Below the pieces are notes generated by a model. That model saw only the letters and a program-made list of their open reading frames with translations. It was not told the origin of the DNA and did not search any database. DNA of 64,000 nt from Octopus sinensis. Lineage: Eukaryota. The translations under genes and the position numbers were made by a program. Shown here in pieces: positions 1 to 12,140 of this stretch. Location: positions 121,892,001 to 121,956,000 of the forward strand of contig NC_042999.1 in NCBI RefSeq assembly GCF_006345805.1, in the 5' to 3' direction. Each line of letters opens with the position of its first letter. Position 1 is the stretch's first letter.

Positions 1-71
1 GGTCTCTGGGTGAGACTTGGAGCCAACTTGTACAGACATAAAGCAAAAGTCAAACATAGAATAATAATAAT

Positions 72-257
72 AATATCGAAAAATACCTTAGGAATGAGAA
101 CCCAGGTTCGAAATTTCCCCAAGGCACCTGATGAAGGCTGGAAGGTATATCATCCAAAACATTGTGTTAACAACAAACAAGATGAGGACAAATATCTGTC
201 AAGTGTAAATAGTGTAAATAATGTACATAATTCCTCATCTCTTAAATATAGAACTGT
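72..257 (+). mobile_element. Hammerhead-bearing short element (3' part), same family as 37866-38014 and 39376-39550
   Basis: Near-identical to the other two copies. Degenerate hammerhead GGCAC-CTGATGA-A-GGCTG..CATCC-AAAAC-ATT-GTGTT at ~123-168, in which GAAA has become AAAA. Preceded by (AAT)n. Confidence 0.8.
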
Positions 258-1235
258 ATTAACATAGTTGTTTCCCATATTTTAATTTTGGTTTTGATAT
301 TTATATTTTTCTGTTGAATTCATTTATTTTCTTGTTAGAATAGGATCCTGGTTAATTTTCTGGGAACTTGTATGCTGTTTGGAATTCAATATTTTTGGAA
401 TAATTTTTCAATGTATGTCATTTCAGATGACCTTTAGTCTTTCTACCTGTTTCATATTCGACTTTAACACAGCTTGATGAGCTCTTGTTTTTTTTTTTTG
501 CTATCATTTTACCTGTGCTGAACACTATTTGGAAAATTAATTTCTTAATGGGTTGATTGGTTTAGATATTTTGGTACAACTCGCAATAACTTCATATTTT
601 GATTGAAAGCAATTATTTTGATAGCTGCAGGCTTAAGCACAATCAAAAGATCTAGAGAGTTTAAATAGAATTTATTTATCAGTACACAAAGTATATGTTA
701 CATGCAATTTTAAAATTGCTATTTCAGTGACATTACATGCTGTTAATAAAATAATATACTGTTTAATTCTACATGATTTTCTTTAATGTTTAATTATCCA
801 TATAGACAAGAGACATTAATGTCTCTATTTTATTTTGTTTCTGCATATGAGCTGCCTGGAAGTGTCTGAATGTGAAAATTTTCATAATAGATAGTGATAC
901 TGTATTATTTATATTATTATTATTTTTTGCATGTAATATTTTTTCTCTAAGCTGACCCATTTAGCAACCAAATGAATTCTGTTCATTTTTATATTAATTT
1001 TCAAAAGTAGTATAGGATTTGTATTGTTATGATACAATAAGTTGACAATATGTTCTGAGTGCAATATGGTGACAAGTAAGATAGCAGTAAACATATTTCT
1101 AAAACAGTTTTATTCTCACTCATTTGATATATCAATATGTGTGAACCTTCCATTTCTCCTACTTTAAGCTATACAGGTGTAATGCTCATACAAAATAACC
1201 AATATTTTTCTCATATATATATATATATATATATA

Positions 1236-1411
1236 ATTAATCCAAAAATGGAGAAGACAAGAAAAAACAGCAACATCAAGACGTAGCACATATAAAGTAT
1301 TAATAAGACACTCAGAGAAGAAAAAGAGTGGTTGTTTTACATTTCAAGCAAAGCACTTTTTCAGAAACAAGAAACGTAGGAAGGTCCAATGGAAAAGGAA
1401 GAAAGAGGAAA

Positions 1412-1412
<1 letters not shown>
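1236..1412 (-). mobile_element. PLE-type terminal repeat fragment with degenerate hammerhead-like motif
   Basis: The minus strand reads TTTCTGAAAAAGTGCTTTGCTTGAAATGTAAAAC, similar to the end of the GIY-YIG element at 8288-8417. Flanked on both sides by (TA)n. Confidence 0.5.
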
Positions 1413-1448
<36 letters not shown>

Positions 1449-1944
1449 TGTCAAGCAGACCAAAAGAAAAATTCTTTCCTTCTTCTTCCCTCTCCCTTCC
1501 CCTCTTTCTCTTTAGCACTCACCTCAGATACAAACACACACACACACACACACATACATACACATACACACATGTTCTCTCTCTCACTTTCTCCTCATCC
1601 ACCTCACCCTCTTGTACTGTCTTATATTCCTCCCCACCACTACGAAACTATAAAATGATTAAAATTCCCCACAAAGGAAAATATTTTGATTTGAAAACCC
1701 CACTAGAATGGGAGAAAGTGCTAATGATCTAAGTGATATGATATATATATAAAAAATGTAATATATAAATAAATATCTGTAAATATAAACCATCCGATCT
1801 TCTGATTACCTCATTTCTTCTAATATATATATATATATATATATACGTAATAATGAAGGGTGAAATTAATTAATTTGGAATAATTATCAATTACACCAAG
1901 TAGTCTTCGGCATGTAAAAGCCTCATTCGAGGAAAATTTAAGTA

Positions 1945-2171
1945 ATACTAAGCAATAAAGGGTTTAGCAACGAATTGCCTTACCACATACCGAATTTAGA
2001 AATAGCAGTCAAAGAGTTATAGCTATTTCTTCTACTAAAAAGGGAGATCTCAGTTGCTGTCTTTACTGAGATCTCCCTTTTTAGTAGAAGAAATAGCTAT
2101 AACTCTTTGACTGCTATTTCTAAATTCGGTATGTGGTAAGGCAATTCGTTGCTAAACCCTTTATTGCTTAG

Positions 2172-2174
<3 letters not shown>
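1945..2174. repeat. Perfect 110-bp inverted repeat with 10-nt loop
   Basis: Arms 1945-2054 and 2065-2174 are exact reverse complements and the loop is TGCTGTCTTT. The whole insert (~1848-2174) sits between (TA)n tracts. Confidence 0.97.
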
Positions 2175-2202
<28 letters not shown>

Positions 2203-2236
2203 ATATATATATATATATACATACATACATACATAC

Positions 2237-2268
<32 letters not shown>

Positions 2269-3737
2269 AAATGTGTGTGTGTGTATCTGTTTGTGCAAAG
2301 CTAATGATGTGAAGTAAATTGTTAGGGAATAATAATTCAAACTGCTTTCATTATGGATTAAATATGTTGATTGATTTGTTGCATTTTAAAATGCATTCAG
2401 GCATTTTCTTGATATTTTTAGTTTATGACTTTTTTAAATGTGCTGGCTTTAGAACCTGTTTGCATACTTTTTCTCTATTTTATTAATGCCAGTGGTAATA
2501 TCATTATCCAGCTTTTAGGTATTGTACTTGTTTGTGCTTTGAATTATTTGAACTTAGATAATTTATGCAGTTCATTTTCATCTAGTAATATTTAATTTTT
2601 GCTTTAATTATAGTATCAGAGCAGTATTCTTCAATTTCTCCATGAAGCAAGTGTAAAAATATGTTAAAAAATAATCTTAGAATTAACTTTATTTTGTTTA
2701 AAAATTTGTTAATGATAGCAAATTTTCCAAAGCAAAATGCTGTCTAATTCATCATTGAAGTTTAAGTATTAGCTTTATGGGTCAACTGGACAACAGATTT
2801 AATATTTATTGGTTTTGACACTTTGAAAAATATTTATCTTTGCTTTTACATGTAAAAATTGAAATAGCTAGAATGATTGTTTAACACTGAGTCAGTTCAT
2901 AATCAACTGATTGTCAAATTGTAACTGCTGATCCTTAAGCGGAAAACATTTGATAAATATAGCTATAATTATAACTCAAAATTTTGTCTGAGATCAATTA
3001 TTTGGTATTTCCTACTTTTTCTAAAAATGCATGTCTTCTAACAGAAATGGAATATAGATTTTCTTTCTTTTTTTTAAGATAAGAATAGAATTCTGCTTCC
3101 TTGATTGAGTTTGTTATCATATTGTTTTGATATAGTTAAATGAGACAATTATCGAAGATCTTTTATAAGATCTAAAACTAGTTTTCATGTAGAAGATATT
3201 TACAGCCAAATAGCTAAATAATATTGCTGTGTAACTTTACTGAATCACTTTAATCATGAAGTCAAAATACCATGATAATATCTTCTAATAGATGCAGTTC
3301 TATATTTGGAAATTATAACTGTTTATACCAGGATGTTTTTGGCTATGTTGAAAGAAAACCTACCTAGTATATGTAGATTTCCAATGTATGTGCATAATTC
3401 TGGCTCTAAGTCTTAGTATATCATAATATATCTTCAACTGAATTTTTTAAATGCAAAAAATATCATCTAAACAGCAAATATGTTTAATATCACATTAAAA
3501 ACAAATAGACAAAATTTTATGCTTTGTAAAGATTTATCTTACTAAACTTTCAAAGTTAAATTTCTGTGTATATAAAGTAATATATTCATTTGAATATAAT
3601 TTAACAATATACAAATCAATTCTAAAGAGAAAGTGAAATTCAAAATAGATTCTCACTTTTATCATTTAAATCTTTATTGAAATGATTTCATTTCTGATTT
3701 TATAAAATGTTCATACCAATTGCCCTTATGTAAAAAA

Positions 3738-4011
3738 ACGGAAACTGAAAGAAGCCTGTCGTATATATGTATATATATGTATGTATGTGTATGTATATGT
3801 TTGTGTGTCTGTGTTTGTCCCTCTAGCATTGCTTGACAACCGATGCTGGTGTGTTTACATCCCTGTCACTTAGCGGTTTGGCAAAAGAGACTGATAGAAT
3901 AAGTACTGGGCTTACAAAGAATAAGTCCCGGGGTTGATTTGCTCGACTAAAGGCGGTGCTCCAGCATGGCCGCCGTCAAATGACTGAAACAAGTAAAAGA
4001 GTAAAAAGAGT
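3738..4011 (+). mobile_element. SINE family A, 5'-truncated copy
   Basis: Matches the 3' two-thirds of the full copies at 30839, 37181, 55146 and 55879. Ends in GACTGAAACAAGTAAAAGAGTAAAAAGAG. Confidence 0.9.
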
Positions 4012-4662
4012 ATAGCACCTTTAGGACATCCTATCTTTGTCTTTAATTCAATAGCCTTTCCTTCATTATGAAATTGATTCGAATTCTGTAAACAAATAAA
4101 AAGATGAAAGCAATAGCCAATAATTAACGTTCTTTATTATTCAGAACTATATAACAAAATGAAGTTTTCTTTAATTATTCTTTGAGGTAGAGGAAATTAT
4201 ATGTTGAATTAAAATGATTGATTGATAGTCTTTACTTTCAAAAGTTATTTCTTTTATATTCACTTTCAAAGATATTTCTTGAAACTTCCAGAACTTAAAT
4301 GCTTATAATTATTAGTGTTCTCAAAATAGTTTGGATAATCTGTTCACTGAACTCATGTGGAAACTACAGTCAACAACTTATCACAATATGCTATTTTCAT
4401 ACATATAGAACAAATAATAACCATAAAAATTTTAATGTTTAACATATGGTTAATTTAAGTCCTGTTAAATTTTAGGCTTGTAGAAAATATGAATTCAATC
4501 AAAACCAACAATATATTGATAAATGATAAAGAATTTTTTATTCTAATACCAATAGAGAATGGAAGTACATATAATCTACTCGCTAAGAAGTTAGTTTAAC
4601 TTTGATAAATTTGACTGACAAGATAAAATTATCGCTACATATGAAAGGGCATTAATTCACTA

Positions 4663-4693
<31 letters not shown>

Positions 4694-7084
4694 ATATTTG
4701 AGATAGTATAGATTATTAGCAGTGCAGAGGGTTATACATCTTTCAAGCAAGTTCTGGCAGCATTCAAGTCAACCCTTGCAGAGTATGTCTGACAACAAAG
4801 CCAAGTTCTGATTATTCTTACTATCTGAGAAGCAAAAGCATAAGCTATAAGAATTGACATTAAGTTGCACACTGTTGTTTTCCATTAGGAAGATGAGAAA
4901 GAACAATGCAAGTGTGTAAAGGACGAGAAGCTAATACAATACCCAGACTTCACCATGGTGCAAATGATTGGGAAGGTACCAGTAAATTTGAAGCTAGTAC
5001 TTGTGTTCTCAATAAATATTGCAATAACAAAGCAATGTTTTTCATATTGTTGTCACATAATATTGTTATCACATGGTCTGAGTTGACAAAAGTTTAGATT
5101 ATTAAGCCAGGGTGTCTTGGAAAGGTAATATCCATTGAGGAGAGAAAACAGAACTTGATATATAAATGACTTGGAAAATAATGTGTGGTATGATGAAGAA
5201 GGCAAGGTACAGTGCTTCTAAGAAGTGTTAGGAAACATGGGTTTGTTGCAGATCGAATTTGTTCTACATAGCTGTAGGTCCAGTTTGTCCTACACAGCTA
5301 AAAAAGAACACTAAAGCAGTGTGATTCATGAAAAGAGGAATGAAACCAGAGCAAAAAGAAAGATCCACATATTCACTATAAAAATGAGTATATCTAAGAG
5401 CTCAAAAAATAATGTTCTCATGAACTCTAACTGTAAATATATACTATAATATGAACAAATAAAATAAATTTTATCTAGATTTGATCTTGATCATCAGAAT
5501 TTTTACAGATTTGTTATTGCCATTGGTATTTGGTAAGATGAGAGACTTAAAAGACTGTTCTTAAATAATGAACATACTTAATAGTAAAGTTGATATTTGT
5601 TGGCAAGTAGTAGATAATATTACTCACAGTGTGTGTAAATAAATTGTTCTAATACTCTTTATGGTCATATAATCTATTTAGTCATATCTCTTTCCTTGTG
5701 GTTTAAATTCTGAATAAAGAAGCATATAATTAGGTGAAGGCCAAACAAGATTTAGAGTACTCTGTTTAATGAGCTAACCCTGTGCTAGCTGAGCACTATT
5801 TGAACAATCAAGTGAAGTAATTGAAGAGGACTAATTTGTTCAAATATCTATAATGACATGGCAAAATTAGGCTTGTAATGATATATGCCTCTATCATTCC
5901 ATTATCATTTATGGTAGTAATAGTGGAAAAATTTTAATCATTAGTATATTTAGGAAATGTGATTAATGAGAAAATGTAGCTAAAAATTTAAAAAATATGA
6001 AATATCGTAATTTTTCTGTGTTTCGACACTGGATTCTCTAGCACCATTTGAATAATTTCTTCATAAATCTAACCTATACATTACCAGTTCCTTCCAAAAG
6101 GATTTGAGACAACCTGTAAAACTGCATCATTTTTTAAAATTGTTCATAATTGGAACTCCATTAGAGTTAGTAATTTGTAACAATTCAGTTTGAACAATTT
6201 TCAGGAATAAACATATAAGTGAATATATTCTTATAAAATTAAATAACTTCCTTTCAGTTCAGATGTTGCTATTTTACTATGTATGAAAAAATCATAAAAA
6301 ATACATATCTATTCTGAATGTTTTACTTGAATTTTTAGAAATAGCCATGTATAACTGACACCACAAACCACTAAAAAAACAAAACCTTGATTTTTTTAAT
6401 GTTGTTATTAGATTGAATGTGTTTTTTCATTTCATTATAATTCAATGCAAAAAAGAATATTTCATTATTCGAACTAAGATGAGAATAAATCTTAAGTTTA
6501 ATGTATAGCAATTTTTCATTTATTTCTGCATAGCCTATTTATCAAATTTGCCACATTTACCAAGAAGCTCCAACAATTGTGTAATTTCTTTATGCTACAG
6601 TATATATATTTCTATAGGATTCTTAACAATATGGACGTTTTTGTTTTTGGTTTCAATTAAGGGCTTTTGTCAGTGATTGTCATAGAATATAGTAATTAAT
6701 GTGTTATGTTAGAAAGTTTTATACCAATAATTTTTTTTATTACGATGGAATCATACAAAGAGAATATAGAAACACACTTGATGGCATAAGGTTGTTTTTA
6801 ATGACTTATATATGTTGTTTCCAAACTAGCAGGAATTCTAAAAATGTATATGAATGAATTTTTTAAATACTTTTTTATTCTCCCACAAGAGGCTTTCCTA
6901 ACACTTAACACTGAAATAGAAATCATAATTATTTTAAGACAGTGGATAAGTTGAATAATGTACCCTGCCTAATGTATGCAATACCATAGCAATTGTAAGG
7001 TTTGAAATAATGATCATATTGGCTAGCTGCTGAAAAGTCTAAGCTAAAAATAGCATGTATGAATGTATTGAACATCGTATTCTG

Positions 7085-8412
7085 CTCATTTTGTTGCCCT
7101 TGCTCCTACCTCTCCAACACCACCAGCCTCAGAGGTACCCATCACTGTCCCTTTCACGTCACCAACTCCTTTAATTGCACCTGTAGTAATGTCATTTACT
7201 GCATCTTTTGTTCTCTTTGTCCTTCCCTCTACATTGGTCAAGCAGGACATCGCTTGGCTGACTGGTTTGCAGAGCACCAGGACATCGGACTCAGCAATGA
7301 CACCCCGGTCTTATGCTCTACCAGTCATTTACTACAACATCTGTCTGTGTTTGGACTATCTCTGCACAAGGGTCATCAAGACTCCCACCTTTAATGTGAA
7401 CAGGAATTAATCTTCTCTATTTTCACTCTTTTGCACCACATGGGCTTAATTCACCACCTCTCTTCATTTGACACCAATTCCACACGAATTCCCACTCACC
7501 TACCACACTCTACACCTACACACCCACATACCACCCACCTTCGTACACTCACCCACGCACACCACTATACACACATCCATACACACTGTTCAACTCATCA
7601 CTCACTTCACATACCATTACACACACACCCACAACATCATCCCACTCCACACACACTAGCACTGACCACTTCTCAACACCCATGCAACACACCATCATCC
7701 ACACACACACAATCTTCAATAGAGTCACCACACATACCACTATATAAGCAGCCACACACACTGTTTAACTCGGTACACACACCACACCATCATGCACACT
7801 CCCACACTCACACAAGCACATAATACCTGAACACAGATAATATATACACATACACACATATACACACATGCAACATGCATAAACACATGCAACATACATA
7901 GACAAAGATAACTTCCACCCACATACATATACTATACACATGCACACTATTTGCTAACAGTGACACACACACATACACATGTACACACACCATGTGTAAA
8001 AGCACACATCAACTGCTACACACAACATGCACATGTCACACATATCTCACGCACACACACATGTCAAACTCACTCTCCCCCATTCACACATACACACTAG
8101 TCTCACATGCACACACACACACACTTGCACACTTTCTCTCATTGTGATTACCCCAAATTATCTCCCCTTCATTCAACCACTCATTATTATTATCTCCCTT
8201 TCATTCAACCTCTTTTTATTCAATCATTTGCCATGTTGGACTACTGAACACAACTTGTTTTTTTCATTATCTATTTATTTCCTCTTATTCCTTTCTGTCA
8301 AAGAGTGTAGGCTCAAAATGTAAAAGATTTTTCCATTTTCCCTGACCGTCCAACTAATACACTTGTTTGTTCTTCCTACACTTGTCTTCATCTTTGTTTT
8401 CCTATAAATTTG

Positions 8413-8417
<5 letters not shown>
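7085..8417 (+). mobile_element. 5'-truncated Penelope-like retroelement: GIY-YIG endonuclease pseudogene, CA-rich tract, terminal repeat
   Basis: Translation FNCTCSNVIYCIFCSLCPSLYIGQAGHRLADWFAEH...PHGLN (7085-7460, frameshifted) fits a PLE GIY-YIG domain with CxxC between the motifs. The 3' end 8288-8417 has a decayed hammerhead-like motif and ends in (TA)n. Confidence 0.85.
7480..8130. repeat. Degenerate (CA)-rich low-complexity tract
   Basis: About 650 bp of imperfect CA/CAC repeats, the source of the His/Thr-rich spurious ORFs. Confidence 0.9.
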
Positions 8418-8473
<56 letters not shown>

Positions 8474-10619
8474 TAATATATCATATATATATATGTGTGT
8501 ATGTATGTATGTATGTTACATTTCAGATTAATGTCTAGCTATATGTTATTTGCATGAAATACCACATGTTTTAACAGTGTACTATTTTTATAGAGATGAA
8601 TACTGAAATAGAGAGAAATAGTTTGGAAGTATATTACTACCATATTTCAAGTACATCTTTTAATGTTGCATGAAACATTCTAAATTAAGTTAATGTCTTG
8701 CTTGCTCAATCTATGATGTGAATAATTAATTAATACTTAAATAAAGATAGTAAATACTTATTCAGTTGTTTTTGCACCCTATTGTTAAGAGTTAGATTTG
8801 ACATGCTGTGATAGAGGTTTAATTACGTCTACGTGTAATAAAATTTAAAAGTACATCTATTCTTTCATACACTCTTCGTCAAATGAAAGAAAGAATAGCC
8901 TGCATTGCATTCTTCCAACGTTAATTTCCTCAGAGAGGTTTGCTATTTAAAGGATTGTATTGATTAAACAGGTTTTCTACAATGCAGCTGTCTAGCAATC
9001 AAAAGAAAGGAATTAGGTTTAATGCAGGGAGGCTGTATTCCTATACATTTCTGCATTTTGATATTCTTTGTACACAGAAACTATCTGGGATTTCTAGCAT
9101 CTATAACACAAGTTGAATGGTGTACAAACTTGAGATTTAATCTGCATTGTCACCTAAAGTGATCTTTAAAGTTTTTTTTTTAATTTAAATGTTCCAGGAA
9201 CAGAACAAAAGAATTACATTCAGCTACAAATGCCTCAATGTAATTTTATAAACGTTTTACATTAACATGCTTGTAAGCATATTTTAACTAAATTAGAAAT
9301 GTTTACCAACATAATACAAAAAATATTAAAGAAAACTGAATACTGAAGCTTGCGATGTTTACATTAATTTCATGATCTAAAACGATCAGTTGTTATTTAT
9401 ACTATCAGGTTTATGTATTGATTCAGTAAGGTAGAGATATGTCAATAATTTTTGAAGGATCTCTTGTAGAGTATGTTTCGAAAGTCTAACTAAATTGTGA
9501 AATAAAAATTTTTTACTTGAACTTATAAAAATACATAAATCAGAAGTTATTTCTAGAATAGCTTCCTGTGAAATCAAGTACAAACAAATATCTTGTAGAC
9601 AATACGAAATATATAAAATATATCTTAGATGAAGACATTATGTCTAGGAAAAACCACAACTGACATATGCATTAAAAGCAGCTGGAGTAGGATTGCAAAA
9701 ATAAAAATATAATGGAGACTCAATGGAGATTGCAATATTGTATGATGTAATACATTTAAATATATATATAAATCAGACTTATCTATGATGGATGTGATAT
9801 TTACTTAGAAAGTCACTGAAGACAGTTGTTTGCGATATATGCAATGAGTGGGTTCAATGAAACTTTGTAACTAAATTCTTGATGAACTTATTTTTCCTTG
9901 AAATTCAGGAAATTCATATTTTACAAGAGTTTAAAATTTTTTATGTTAGTAAATAAAATGCTCATCAGAAGATAGTTCCGAGGATATTATGGAATTAAAG
10001 TGTACTTTGTGGAAATTTGAAATAGTTTTAAAACCACGGCTAAGCTCATTAGTGATTACCACATATAATCATGGAAATTACATCTTGGGAGTGTAAAAAA
10101 ATAAACAAAAGTATATAATTGTATTCAAATTAATTTGATGCTAACATGTATAGATGGTGAATATTTAATAGATAAATATTTTTAGAATATTTTATAGACC
10201 TGAAAGAGTTAAGCTTTGTAGTTAACCAATATCAGAGTGGATGCATGGAAAGGAACACAGTTGAAAAATTTATCGATTGTATTTTGTGTAAATTGAATAA
10301 AAACATAACAAAATTTCCAATTTCTAAGTACCGCTTTAAAATACATCATCCATAAAGTATACAATATAGCTATGTGTGTTTTTATAGTGTTTAACTTTCA
10401 ATTAATTTTAAAGTAGAAATAACTTTAATTCACATGTAAAAAATATTTAAAAGAAAGATAAGTTGTTAAATACAAAATAATGTCTTAAAATGATAATGCA
10501 TAATTTTGAATCTTCTTTATTTCTCACAACTGGATGAGGGAATGAAAAGCAATTGGATTAATAGAATGTATGTCTGCATTGACTCAGTTCTAAACTTATA
10601 CTTTATAAGTGATTCAAAT

Positions 10620-10822
10620 ATAGGCTTAAGGTCTGGATTTAAGGGAGGATTTTTGATGATACTGTTGACTCCAGTACTTAAATGTTACTTTATTTCATTG
10701 ACCTGAAAAGATGAAAGATAATGGTGATCTTGGCGAGCTTTGAACTCAGAATGCAAAGAGCCTAGAGAAATACCATATGACATTTTGCCCAGCACTCCAG
10801 CAATTTTGCCAATCTACTGCCC
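10620..10822 (-). mobile_element. SINE family B, degraded
   Basis: Reverse complement of the TTCTGAGTTCAAA..GCCTTTCATCCTT..GATAAAATAAGTACCAG consensus seen at 17585, 32540 and 40999. Confidence 0.65.
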
Positions 10823-11284
10823 ACAAGTCATACTAATCATTTTTCCTGATTTAGATACAAGATAAGCAAATTTGAGGAGAGAGAATTAGTCTATACTATT
10901 GACCTCAATATTTGGTTTGGACTAGCAGGATTTCAACTTAGAACATAGAGAGGTGCACAAAAGACATAGAGAGGTGTACAAAAGACTATGGTCTACTGCT
11001 TCTGCCAGTTCACTAAGATCATTTCTGCTAGAAATTTTGCAAATGTTTCAACATTTATATATGTTACTGAAAGGTCATCTTCTATCACTCACTGTGAAAA
11101 GGCAGCATGAGCTTCATAAATAGGTCAAAACTTGTATGACCTACATAGCCTATAAATTCACCTATCTCCTCTGAAGATATGGAATAGAAAAGATTTTAAT
11201 TCACACTTTGAAATATTATCAAAACAATGGTCACACATGTTCACTATTTAACAAATATTTCCCTTGTGTACAATCCATTTTTGT

Positions 11285-11560
11285 TATGGACAGTCTTCAA
11301 GCACAATGATTTGATGATGCAGATGAGGTAAAAGTAGTTGTGAAGGCGTGGAGACTAGAGTAAACTTGAACATTAAAAAAAAAAAAAAGATGCATGAGTT
11401 GGGTTCAGTGATGGTGTGAATGCATTTCTTGTCATGGATGCTATGATGAATAGCACTCATGTATGGAGAAAGCATTACCCTATTAAAATGTTCAATCGAT
11501 ATGACCTGAACCACTTGACAAAAAACTTCTACCCACTATTGCATTACATTTGGTAGAACA
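11285..11560 (+). mobile_element. Mariner-like transposase C-terminal remnant
   Basis: Translates to FDDADEVKVVVKAW ... WVQ*WCECISCHGCYDE*, matching the mariner C-terminal pattern F...EV...V..W / RW.KCI...G.Y.E. Confidence 0.6.
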
Positions 11561-11583
11561 ATATATATATATGTATATATATG

Positions 11584-11797
11584 TACACGATGGAGTGCTG
11601 AAAAGTTTTCTGGCTTTGGGTAAAAAGAAAATACAGGAGGATCCATTAACTATGATTTTATTCAACACATTCCACTCTCAGTTTCACACACTTATTGCAG
11701 CAGTTCTTTTTTCTAAGCTCTGTAAAAGAACTTGGAATGTTGAGCCTCCAACCAGGCCTTTCACAATACCTTTAAAGCCAGAAACTTTTGACATGTA
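11584..11797. mobile_element. Mariner-type MITE / internal deletion derivative
   Basis: Inverted termini AAAAGTTTTCTGGCTTT (~11601-11617) and AAAGCCAGAAACTTTT (~11774-11789). The internal sequence resembles the antisense of a mariner 3' end. Confidence 0.6.
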
Positions 11798-12031
11798 ATA
11801 CTGAAATAGTGTAACAGATAAGAGATTGCTCTGGGCTGGCATTAGGGAAGAAGTTGAAAATTTGTTTGACCCATGACACTGCATGGACCCTAAGTAAGGC
11901 ATGTGAAAAAATTTAATGAAATTGTGAGCGTAGTTCTCGAGTTTTAAGGATTCACATAAACAGACTGACATGTAGACAGACACACATTCTCATCTTTATA
12001 AATACAGGTATATATATATATCTAAATTCAG

Positions 12032-12140
12032 AGTCTTTTGCTACTCTGAGTTTCACCTGTGAGTCCATAGAGTCTTCAAATAAGTTACAAGCTTGAAAAT
12101 CCTGTGAACCCACAAGTGAAACTCAGAGTAGAAAGAGACT
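12032..12140. repeat. Imperfect 48-bp inverted repeat, 13-nt loop
   Basis: Arms 12032-12079 and 12093-12140 both contain GTGAAACTCAGAGTAG, on opposite strands. The insert 12023-12216 is flanked by TA microsatellites. Confidence 0.85.

Noticed and set aside
10-267. Recurrent ORF (..TLGMRTQVRNFPK..) also at 37848 and 39398
   Set aside because: It is the translation of a non-coding repeat. Starts and ends differ between copies and the conservation is explained by RNA structure and recent copying.
4700-5400. Slightly GC-richer block, possibly an old transposon or exon
   Set aside because: No recognisable protein motif, termini or second copy in the window.
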